Source of the DNA: Wallemia ichthyophaga EXF-994
Lineage: Eukaryota; Fungi; Basidiomycota
Assembly (NCBI RefSeq): GCF_000400465.1
Contig: NW_008806274.1
Span: 660,244-692,243, forward strand
Length of the DNA stretch: 32,000 nucleotides
Direction: 5' to 3'
Shown here one piece after another: positions 10,304-20,609 of this stretch (position 1 is its first letter; every line of letters begins with the position of its first letter). Below the pieces are notes generated by a model. That model did not search any database, was not told the origin of the DNA, and was given only the letters and a program-made list of their open reading frames with translations. A program made the position numbers and the translations under genes.

Positions 10304-11064
10304 ACGTGAGGTAGTGAATTAGTGAGGCAGTGAGGCAGCGAATCAGAGAATCAATAAATTAGGCTACTAATAAATATTAAAACGCACCAAACCACGCAAA
10401 CAATCTTAAGTAATCAAAACACTTTCGATTCAAGATTTAGGATCAAATATTTTTAGGTTTTTAAATGTAAGCAGTACATATGTAATTTTGATGTATAGAA
10501 GATTAGTCATAAGTCAGGAACATATTTAGTAACGTGTTTAAACGCATTCTTGTTACAATGGAATTTGCCTAAAGTGAAGTGCAAGAGTTGTGTGCCACTG
10601 AAAGATAAAGTTGCAAATAAACAATAAAATTTGCTGATGACATCGAGAGTTAGCTGGCTTTTACGTTCATCACCGCCGAGGAAGCCGTGTATGGCCATTT
10701 GTAAGAAGCTTTAGTCAATATTATTGACGTCAGTGTCGCGAGATATTCAGTGAGGAGGTGATATTGGATCAATTAAGAATCATTAGAGTAGTTTTGTCAT
10801 TATTTTCAGAGGCATTTCTATCAAGCTTGAGAAACTTCAAAAAAAGTGTAAAAGAAATACAGATTTTGCTTAGTTTGGAGAGACACAGACGTAAAGTCAT
10901 ATATGAAATATACAATGATTACAATAGACCATCCGTAGCCATAGATTAGAATCCATCGAATCACTCAATCACATCCTATGCACGTATCCATTTGGAGTGA
11001 TGACGTTACACAATCTTAAACTTGAATCTCACTCTCTTGAACACTTACATCCAAGTAATACAAA

Positions 11065-12385
11065 ATGATTAACACCGCAGGCCAAAGACGTCGTTCTTCC
11101 ATCGATCCAAGCAAGCTCCAGCCTATGGTTAGTTGCGAATGTTAGCGTGTAAGCGCATGAGCATACGAGCACTCCCTTACGCCCCTCACAGTACAAGGTT
11201 CAGCACAAGCCAGGACCACAATTCAACGTCATGTTCATCGGCGCCGGAAATATCAACTTCGGCTCCGATGAAGGTCCTTGGAACCACAGTGCTCGTATTG
11301 AGAACAAGTGGGGCACAAGGCTTCGTGTTACAGCACTTGTAGATCCTTCAAAGGGTAGAGCGGATCAGGAGCTCGAGAAGAAGAGATCTTCATTCGTTGC
11401 GATTGCTTACAACGACACCAAATGGTTCTCAAACCTCAATGATGCCGTCGCTGGTTTGAGACCTGATGAGCTTCCAGATGCGATCATTGTTGGTGCACCA
11501 CCACAATTCAGAGGTGGTTTGAACCCACCAGCCAACCTCGAGTTGGATTTGATCGACAAATTCCCAAATGCTGCTCTCTTCTTGGAGAAGCCAGTGACAA
11601 CTGGTCCAGCTAAAGAAGCCGTTGAGGTCGGTAAGAAGATTGCTGCAGCAGGGAACGTTACATCAGTTGGATATATGCTGCGTTATTCACGTGCTGTTCA
11701 AACCATGATCAAGATTATTGAAGAGAACAACTTGACTGTTATTGGCACAGTTGCCAGATACATAGCAGCTTATGAGAAGATTGCAAAGGAAGACTGGTGG
11801 GACAAGGCACGCTCATGTGGTCCAATTGTCGAACAAGCCACTCACTTCTGTGATCTCTCAAGATACTTTGGTGGTGACGTCAGTTTGGACACTGTTCAAG
11901 CTCACTCAGTTGAGTGGAACGAGGAGCCAGGAAAGTTATCCAAGATGCCAATCAACGAGGAGAATATCAAAATGGAAGATCGTATCCCAAGATTTACCAC
12001 CGCCAACTGGAAGTATGACACAGGAGCTGTAGGTACACTTGTACACGGAGTTGCGTTGCACGACACAGACTATTACACTGAACTTACAGTGTACACGGAT
12101 GGACATCAATTGCGTTTAGTTGATCCATACAATAACCCAGCATTGTACATTAGGAAGCCAGGCTCGAATGCCGAGTCACACATGAGCTTTAGCAACGACG
12201 ATTGTTTCTACTCAGAGATATCAAACTGGGGAGATGAGATTGAGAAGCACGCAGAGCACGTCACCGAAGAGGACCTTGACACGAGAATCCTTTCAACATA
12301 TGAAGATGCTGTACAATCATACGAGTTAACATGGGCAATTCGTCACGCTGCTGAAGCAGGTAGAAAATTCCCTGCTCAAAAGTAA
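11065..12385 (+). CDS. Gfo/Idh/MocA family NAD(P)-dependent oxidoreductase
   Basis: Exons 11065-11127 and 11192-12385. Rossmann start VMFIGAGNINFGSDEGPWNHS; FLEKPV, VGYMLRY, GPIVEQATHFCDLSRYFGG. Confidence 0.9.
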
Positions 12386-12555
12386 GCACGGTCGATCAAC
12401 CGAACCGCAGCGGGAAAAACGGAGAAAGCAAAGCAAAGCACGTAAAGGAATGATTAAAGAGATAATGAGATGATGTAAAAGATAAATAATTAAAATAAAA
12501 ATTCTTTGTCGATTTTAGTGATTGATTCCTATCTCATGGCTTCATAGCAGCTGCC

Positions 12556-13728
12556 ATGAGATTGAAGCCGCAACTGAAAAAGCTGGAAACGTCGCATGGG
12601 GAAATAAACCGATTGGACATTAAATCTGCGCCTTCAATACAATCAATAACTTCATTCGATCCAACAGTTTTAATATCGAATAGTGTTATAATTGGGCCAG
12701 AGCCGGCGTGCAAGACAGACGTGGATTGTTTAAAGCGTATGGGGATTAAGCAGATACTCAATACAGCTAGAGAGTGCGATGATCCTTTAAAACTCTCAAA
12801 TGAGTTCAAATACTTGAAATTGGACATGATTGATAACCCAGGTGCCATCAACGTACAGGATTTCTTAAATAAGGGAAGCGATTTCATTGACGATGCTAAA
12901 TTACATTCAAGGCCTATATATGTGCGTTGTTTAGCGTTAATAATGTATCCCTCACTAATATCCCTTGAACAGGTACACTGTAAAGCTGGTAAATCAAGAT
13001 CGGTAGCAATAGTCATCGCACATCTCATCAGAGCCAATAGATGGGATATTAATAGAGCTTACGACTATGTTAAGCAAAGAAGGGAATCAGCCTCTCCTAA
13101 TATCGGTTTTATTGCCGAGTTAATGCTGTTTCAGAAAGACATGAATATCCTCGATTACAGTGAGAACAACGACGCTTCTACTTCTTCTACTACTACTCCT
13201 CATTCTCCTGATAAAAAGTTGAAATCTAACTTTGACGGCTTGACTGGCTGTCGAACACCTTCTTCAAGGCCACTGTCTGCAGGTCCAGGCGTACTCACCA
13301 AGGTCAAACAATCAAAACCTTCCCTTGAACATCGTGTAGAGGATGATTTAAAGAACAGACTCCACATTCAAGAGACACTAGGTAACCACTCTGAAGTTGA
13401 AAAGAAGGATAGGTCGGGAAGATATATACATCCTAAGAGGGCTCCCCTAGACAATCGCTTACAACCTCTGAGGAGGGTTTCTAAAGCTGGTCTTGAGTCT
13501 GCCACCCTTGACTTTCTTAAAGAGTTTGATTACGAGAAGGATGACCCGAGGAAGGAGAGTATACGAGAGCAGCCGAACGTCGAGAGCGGTAGTACAGGCG
13601 CAGATACGAGTATATCAGAAGCAGTGGCAGAGACAGAGATAGAAGCAGAAGCAGAAGCAGAAAGAAATCCAAAAAGCGATCATCCAAATAACAATACCAA
13701 CATAGCACCATCTCTAGAGCAATCTTGA
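12556..13728 (+). CDS. Dual-specificity protein phosphatase (MAPK-phosphatase-like catalytic domain)
   Basis: GIKQILNTARE, general-acid region MIDNP, P-loop IY|VHCKAGKSRS after removing in-frame intron 12922-12972, then AYDYVKQRRESASPNIGFIAEL. Confidence 0.9.
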   Translation: MRLKPQLKKLETSHGEINRLDIKSAPSIQSITSFDPTVLISNSVIIGPEPACKTDVDCLKRMGIKQILNTARECDDPLKLSNEFKYLKLDMIDNPGAINVQDFLNKGSDFIDDAKLHSRPIYVRCLALIMYPSLISLEQVHCKAGKSRSVAIVIAHLIRANRWDINRAYDYVKQRRESASPNIGFIAELMLFQKDMNILDYSENNDASTSSTTTPHSPDKKLKSNFDGLTGCRTPSSRPLSAGPGVLTKVKQSKPSLEHRVEDDLKNRLHIQETLGNHSEVEKKDRSGRYIHPKRAPLDNRLQPLRRVSKAGLESATLDFLKEFDYEKDDPRKESIREQPNVESGSTGADTSISEAVAETEIEAEAEAERNPKSDHPNNNTNIAPSLEQS

Positions 13729-14092
13729 TCAAGGCTTCTATTGAATCTTATTTTCTTCCCTCAACTTTCTCAGTTTTATCATCTACAGTTTTACGAACAC
13801 TCATACTCTCACCCTCACTACGTTATCAACACACTCAATGTCATAATCGAAACATTCAATTCTAGATATCAGTTCGACGCGCTTATTTTATATCTCGCCC
13901 ATTTATTCAAATTGAAAGAATCGGATCAAATAATTATTTTCCTTGTCATCAGCTTGTCACGAACGCTACTTCATCAGTCAATCTATTACGTCGAGTGTGA
14001 TAAATATGATGCATTAAATATAAACCAAGCAATACAAATTAAGGAAAATGCTGTCCGTTGCGCATGTCTATAAGAGTATGAGTTGGGGTGTA

Positions 14093-14110
14093 GTGTGTGT
14101 GTGTGTGTGT
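14093..14110. repeat. (GT)9 microsatellite just downstream of the RPO41 stop codon
   Basis: gtgtgtgtgtgtgtgtgt read directly. Confidence 0.9.
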
Positions 14111-14117
14111 GCATGAA

Positions 14118-17100
14118 TTAAGAGAAGAAATATGGTGAGTTGACAACACCGCGTACATCGAAAGGTCCCTTAGAAGGTAAATCTGGGAGGGCGTCTTCCA
14201 ATTTAATGTATTTACTCTTGATAAAGTCAGACAGTTGTTCGTCTTGTGAGAGTTGATCGATGTCTGTGTTTTGTTTTGATTTAATCAGTTCAATGGCTTC
14301 CAGGTCCTCTTTTGAGATGGATGCTGAGTGATCGTTTTCGTTATCGCTCTCACTCTCATTTTCCATTTCATTCTCACTCTCCATCTCTTCACTCTCCTTC
14401 GCACTCTTCCTTCCCTTCTTTTTAGTCGGGAGGACAGAGTTTAGTTTCGGATTTTCCTTATCAATTTTAGCGCCAAGAGATGACATAGGAATTCTGTAAC
14501 CCTTGTAGCGTTCAACAACCTGTGCATCATGTGTCAGTAACTGGATCCACAAAGTTGCTCATACTAACTTCATCCCTCAGTCTTTTCAATATCTCTTCGC
14601 AATGCAGTTTGACGAAAGTATCTCTGATGATCTCCGACATGTGATCAACCGTGCTAGCGTGAGTCCAGTAACTGTCGTGCACGCTCGCGTATGTGATGCC
14701 GATCTGGCAGCACTGGAGTGCGGTGAGGATCATGTGGGTAGCATCGAGCGAGTGAATGAAATTAGGAGGGAATGCGCTTGCCTGTTTGATAGGGTTGACT
14801 GTGATGGGGGTGGAACAGGTAAGTGAAGGCAGGACACATAATAATTACTACTCACCTTCCGTTGGCAGATTAGGATCGGCAAGATAAACACTCTGGAGGA
14901 GCGTCGCTATCTGTTTCTTCTTAGCCTTACGATAAGGTTGCACGATAGGCAGACCGAGGGGAGTAGTCCAAATAACTGATGTCATTTGCTCCTTACTCGT
15001 ACGCGAGGCTGTGCTCTTCCCGCTTGCGCTGCGTCCCTCAGCCGGTTCGAGAGCCTTGACTAGACGTTCTGGGGGGATGCTCTTACTGACGTATCGCGCG
15101 CTCATGCTGAGCCATTTCTGTATAGCATTCGCGCCTGAGAAGAGATCACCAATACTGCGCAGAACCTTCTTAGCGAGGTAGCTAGCAGTGGAGTATATAA
15201 GTTCTCGTGGAATGTCACCTCTATCTTGTAGCTGCTTATCAATTTGGTCTCGCGCCCCAATAAACGTAACGCCATACACAGTCGTCATTACCGTCTGCTT
15301 TACCACCTTACGCGTGATTTTGCCTTCGAGGAGCTTAGCGAAGGCGTTGTCATCGGTCTGTGCATCGCGTCGGATATCAGCTATAACTAAATCAGCTACC
15401 GCTGTATACACGTCGGAGGGACGGTCCGCTTGCTCAAGGTTAACTTGCTTCGCTCCCATCGGATCACCACCGAGAGCGGCATAGTGCTGCAGCCCATTAC
15501 AAGTGCCGTCTTGGTGCACTGGTAAAGAACTTTCGTAGGCTAGTGGGTTGCTCGATTCAAGTGCTGCTTGTATCTCATAGCACGCCGCTAGACATTGCCA
15601 TGGATCATCTGCTTTGAGCCACCAACCTCTGCCGTCCAGTGGTCGATCAGCTGAGTCGTAGATATCGGCAAGATGCTCATCTGCGAAATTCTCCCTTTCG
15701 TTGAATGACGCCTTGTCGTATCCGTATACATTCGCAAGATGGATTTTGAGCCACCGCATTCCTTTCTCGCCAAGTGGTCGAGTTTCGGCAAATTTTAGCA
15801 GCCCTCTACTAAGATCGTCGCCGATGTGGTTCAAATGCGGAGGAATTGGGTAAGCCCTACCACGGAAATCGAGAGTGTGGGGGAAATAGAACGTTTCATT
15901 GAGGAACGCCTTTGCTATTTCAAGTTTGTAATTGGTGTCGCATCGTATAGAGTGGTTGTTGCGTCTTTCGTTAACAACAGCCTTCATACTGATGAGGTAG
16001 TTAGAGCGTTGCTTCGGATCGCTCTCGTAGTTGGAGGGTTTGATAGGATCTGGTGTGTGAGTTGTCGCTGGTGGGATCTTAGCTACACCTTCTCCACTAT
16101 TCCACGCCTGCTTCACTACTGCAAACACTTTCTGATTGACATTCCAGGGAGTCTGCCCCAAGACATCCAGTCCAGCCAACACAGGCTCCATCGTACCCTC
16201 GTTCGAAGCTTTAGCGATATAAGACTGCTGCTCGTTGGAGTCCTTGAACCTCATTGCGAAGTTCTTGTGAAAGAGATAGCCGCCATTATCGTACCTCAGC
16301 CAAGGTTTTGGTTTGACGAGCATGGGGAGATGGCGCGGGTGAATAGTACTACCGAGTGGGTCCTTATCTAGGCGATCAGCAACGACTGTATTCACTTTGA
16401 TAACACCCAGCTTGCGTCCGCGTACGTACTGGTATGACTGTGAAAATGCCGGTTGTGTCTCCTTGATCTCCTCGCCGTCTCTGTCCGCAATGCGAGTGAT
16501 TGTGGCGCATTCCATTAGCGAATCGACGAGGAAACTGCCCACTTTTATGCGTATCATCTGCGACCAATTCGGCGTCCATGCTCTGTTCATGCGTTCTTCG
16601 TGTACACGGGCGAGCGCACGCTCTGAGGCTATATCGTGCGGATATGCGAAATGTTCGTCGGGAGTGGATGTTCCCATCGCTTCATCAATCAGACCTGTAA
16701 ACTCGGGCGATTTGAGATCGAGTTCTTTCTCAGCCTTCTTGTGATCAAAGTAGCGCAGCTTGCGCTTGACTTGCTTAGCGTCTGCTTCGACACCTTTAAG
16801 CGAGACACCGTGCTTGGATTTGAGTATTTCCGCGTGGTGCTCATTTTCGACTGCCTTTCCGACAGAAAGAAGTGCGCGCGTCGTCTTCATCCCTTCTGCT
16901 ATCCCGCCTGTGCCGCTCAGACGAAGTATTTCGAGTACAGTGATCAGCGCCATCTTCTCCGAAGATAGGAGCGAGAGGAACGGAGAAATCTCATCTGGTG
17001 TAATGTGTAAGCTTGAAACAAGAAATTCACATAAACTTACTGATAAACTTGTCCTCTTTCGTCTTGTGTGTTTCGAGATGCATGTTCCTGTCTAACTTTT

Positions 17101-18205
17101 CTCCAATCAATACCGAAAGCTTCTTCCACCATTCCCACATGAGTTTCTGAAGTGGCTGGCCAGAGAGCGCGGTGGCTACACCAGCTTTCTCGAGCTCATT
17201 CATCTCATGCTCAAAACGCGCTTTGGCAGTTTCATAGGCGGATTCTTCGAGGAGGCGTTGACGTGCTGCTGGATCGGCAGCGAGTGTTTTAGAGGTGTGC
17301 CCGAGTGGCTTGAGTGACTGACGAAGTGAGTAAAGATTGTAAGGAGTTTCAGATGTCGACGGGCTCTTGACACCCATTATGTCTTGTTCCTCTTGAGTTG
17401 GCGTAGGGGTGTCTTGGTTGTCAGGCTCCATATTGTCTTCACTGTGGCCGTTGAGTGACCTCTCCAGCTCTGAGTGAATTTCTGCGAGCTCCTCAATAAG
17501 CGGAACATTTCCAGCGGTAGCGGCAGCTCTAGTCAGAACAGCGACAGCAGCGAATGATTCAGAGAGACTTGTAAAGTGATCATACTTTACGATAACGTCT
17601 CTGAGAGAAGGTTTGCCAGGGAGGTCTTTGACAGCATCGAGGAGTGGTTTGGAGCTGTACGTAGACTCCAAATGCCTGGCCATACCCTTCAACATGAGAG
17701 TCCAAGTCTCAAGCTCCCACTTCACGCCCTCTTTATCGCCACAAAGGGCATTCCAGAGCTTGAAAGCCTCACCAATGAACTTGTCGTTTCTCGAGTTATC
17801 AGCCTCTTGGAAGTAGCGTTCGATAAATTTGTTATAAATGGTCACATCGAGAGTGGAGTAGTTATTATCAGCATAATTGCGTATTTGCTTATCGCGTAGA
17901 TTTTGAAAAACACCCTGGGCTCTGTCGAGAAGGAAGGGAGAAGACAAACAGGCTTCGAGGATAGCGAAGAGTTCCTGGTTATCGGATGTGGGGTAGATGG
18001 AAGAGTGCTGATCGTTGATATCGTCATTGGGACGTGGAGTTGGGAGGAGAGTGCGCTTATTGTAGTTGTAGATGAGATCTGTTGAGTGGTGTGGCTGTGT
18101 GGATTGTAACTTTGATTGAATCTTAAGCAATTTTGGTGTATGTTGTAGTGCTGATACACCCCGTAGCCTTCTCAGGCTTCTTCCTGGGGCAGATCTGCTC
18201 AGCAT
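14118..18205 (-). CDS. RPO41: Mitochondrial T7-like DNA-directed RNA polymerase
   Basis: Exons 17041-18205, 14856-16994, 14569-14798, 14118-14519. Presequence-like MLSRSAPGRSLRRLR; motifs LDFRGRAYP, HQDGTCNGLQHY (A), RKVVKQTVMTTVYGVT (B), FPPNFIHSLDATHM, VHDSYWTHA (C); ends YFFS. Confidence 0.97.
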
Positions 18206-18313
18206 TTCCTCGTGGTATGGGAGCAAGAGATGAGCACGATGGATAAGCACGATAAGCACTTGTAAATTCAAATATACATTCACATTAAATCATTATAATA
18301 ATTCATTTGCATA

Positions 18314-18601
18314 TTACTTTTTCTCTGCCTTGTTGATCTCATTTTGAGTGTCTGAGAGATCCTTCTGTTGCTGCTCAGCCTTCGCCTTTAACTCTTTAAG
18401 CTTTGCTTGCTCTTGTTGCTTGACGTAGACAGCCTCCTCGCCTTGCTCCTTTTCGCTGAATTTGTCAGAAGTGGCATATGAGCGCATGGCTTGTGGCTGC
18501 AAGATCAATTAGCAGGGCACACGACAATTAGAGCACTAAGTACTAACGAATCTAGCAGCAGATAAGCGTTGGACTGGTTGGAATTGTCTGGCGGCGAACA
18601 T
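18314..18601 (-). CDS. INH1: Mitochondrial F1Fo-ATPase inhibitor IF1-like protein, 78 aa
   Basis: Exons 18548-18601, 18314-18496. MFAARQFQPVQRLSAARFPQAMRSYATSDKFSEKEQGEEAVYVKQQEQAKLKELK...: presequence, then the IF1 pattern F-x-x-(R/K)-E-x-x-x-E-x-x-(F/Y)-x-x-x-x-E, then a coiled coil. Confidence 0.8.
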
Positions 18602-18778
18602 GGACGTTGTGGACTAAGATGGATAGACGCCGTGGAGTAGAGATATGACATTTTGAAAGAAGTAGGAGTAGTGAAGAAAATACGCTGAGTGCGAATAACT
18701 CAACCATCTCTAATTTTAAAGAATTTACGAATGGAGATGGGTGTCCATCTCTGTTGGAAGCTTACCATCATCGAGATT

Positions 18779-19233
18779 ATGTTCATTAGAGGTGCAGTGA
18801 GTGGGTGGTTAAAAAAGAAGGAAAGATTTAATATGAATATAGTCACGTGCTATTCCAAGCGTTAGACAATTCTCTAGCTCAGCGGTTGCAGGCAAGGGTG
18901 AGTGGTGTGAGCTACAAGCCAAAGGATTATACTGAGAAATATACAGACTTGGTACAAGAATTGTACATGTCACAGCTCAAGTCATACAAAGCACCAGCTC
19001 AGCCAGCAGATGCGCACGTTGGACACGTAAAAGCGTTCAAGCAGCCAGCAGCACCATCTGCACCATCTGCACCTTCAGATTTGGCAGGTGAATTAAGCAC
19101 ATACGAATCAGCTCAACCTTCATTCACCCAACAAACTCAAGCCACCGGAGAAGCACCAAAGGCGGAGGAGAGTGCAGATGAATTCCTCAGCTTACTTGAG
19201 GCTGACTTGCCAAAGCCAGAGGTCCACCACTAG
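18779..19233 (+). CDS. ATP14: Mitochondrial ATP synthase subunit h
   Basis: Exons 18779-18796, 18843-18897, 18947-19233. MFIRGASRAIPSVRQFSSSAVAGKDLVQELYMSQLKSYKAP...AHVGHVKAFKQPAAP..PSDLAGELSTYE. Confidence 0.88.
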
Positions 19234-19345
19234 AAATGAATTTGTAAATGAATCTACAAATTTACATTAAATTGTCTTATTTACTTGAATTTTAGTCGTT
19301 TGCTTGTAAAATTCAAGCAAATGTCATTTTTCATTAGAAGCACCC

Positions 19346-20496
19346 ATGGACAACAAGGATTTTGAAGTGTCTGCGCCGCCAACAGACAGCGTATCGTGCT
19401 TGTCGTTCTCACCGAATGCAGATATTTTAGCAGTAGGCAGCTGGGACAACAATGTGGGTGTGATACACTTGGAGATGCCGTTCTAACGCGTGTTTGCTGG
19501 TAGGTGAGGATATACGAAGTAGCTCCAACTGGACAGACAATACCAAAATTCATGTACTCGCATCAACAGCCAGTGTTATCGATATGCTGGTCGAAGGATG
19601 CCTCCAAGTTGTTCAGTGGAGGTGCAGACAACGCGGCGAGAATGTTTGACTTAGGAAATCCAGTCAACAACCAATCCACCCAAGTTGCTCAACACGATAA
19701 ACCAATTAAATGCGTAAAATGGATCGAAACTCCGACAGGCGGTATTCTAGCAACCGGCAGCTGGGACAAGACTATTAAATACTGGTCAATTGGGAATCCC
19801 ACTCCTGTAGGAACCGTGCAGCTCCCTTTCCAACTCTACTCAATGGACGTCGTCTATCCCCTACTCGTTGCTGCGACTGCTGAACGTCGCATCGTCATTA
19901 TCAACCTCACACAACCGACAACCATCTTCAGGGAGCTCGAGAGCCCCCTCAAGTGGCAGACTAGAGTCGTTGCTTGCTTCCCCGCAGGCGATGGCTATGC
20001 TGTCGGTAGCATTGAGGGCAGAGTCGCTATTCAATACGTAAACGAGAAGGACCAGGCGCAGAACTTCTCGTATAAATGCCATAGATCCAAAGATGGCAAG
20101 GAAATATATGCCGTGAATGATATTACTTTCCATCAGCATCACGGGACGTATTCTACATGCGGTACGTGCGCAGTGCATCTTTTATCAATACTCACGACAC
20201 TTCCACAGGCTCTGATGGTACAATTTCATTCTGGGACAAAGATACCAAAACGAGGCTCAAGAGTGGGTTTGATTGATTATGCACGCTAATCGCCACTAAC
20301 GACGCGCATAGATCTCGAAATCAACCAGGGTCCTATCCCATGCAGCGCGTTCAACTCAGCTGGCACTATCTTCGCTTATGCCCTCTCATACGACTGGAGT
20401 AAAGGTTTCTCAAAGCAGCCTCCGACACCAATTGTGAAAATAATGCTGCATGCAACTACAGACGAGGAAGTCAAGCGCCGTCCACCAAAGAAGTAG
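19346..20496 (+). CDS. RAE1: mRNA export factor Rae1/Gle2 (WD40)
   Basis: First exon 19346-19453 (PPTDSVSCLSFSP..LAVGSWDNN), intron to 19503, two further introns near 20162-20208 and 20262-20310. Motifs ESPLKWQTR, GSIEGRVAIQY, FSYKCHR, AYALSYDWSKG. Confidence 0.93.
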
Positions 20497-20609
20497 GGAG
20501 TGTAAAGATTATGTATTTATTGAAAATAGAAAATTAAGAAGGAATCCATACAAGTGAGAGGTGAAAAGCGAGTTGAGATTAGCTAAATGAGCAATGGGTA
20601 TATAAAATA

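Noticed and set aside
10507-10949. Two 63-aa ORFs on opposite strands in the gap upstream of the oxidoreductase
   Set aside because: Short, AT-rich, no recognisable motif or convincing splice partners; consistent with chance.
13741-14073. 110-aa + strand ORF after the phosphatase
   Set aside because: Starts at TTG 12 bp after the upstream stop, AT-rich, no motif; most likely shared 3'UTR space between convergent genes.
14602-17899. Many + strand ORFs (74-181 aa) over RPO41
   Set aside because: Antisense shadows of a long, strongly conserved minus-strand CDS.
14118-18205. T7-phage-like polymerase as evidence of a virus or linear plasmid insertion
   Set aside because: It has spliceosomal introns, a presequence and the long N-terminal extension of the ordinary nuclear-encoded mitochondrial RNAP.
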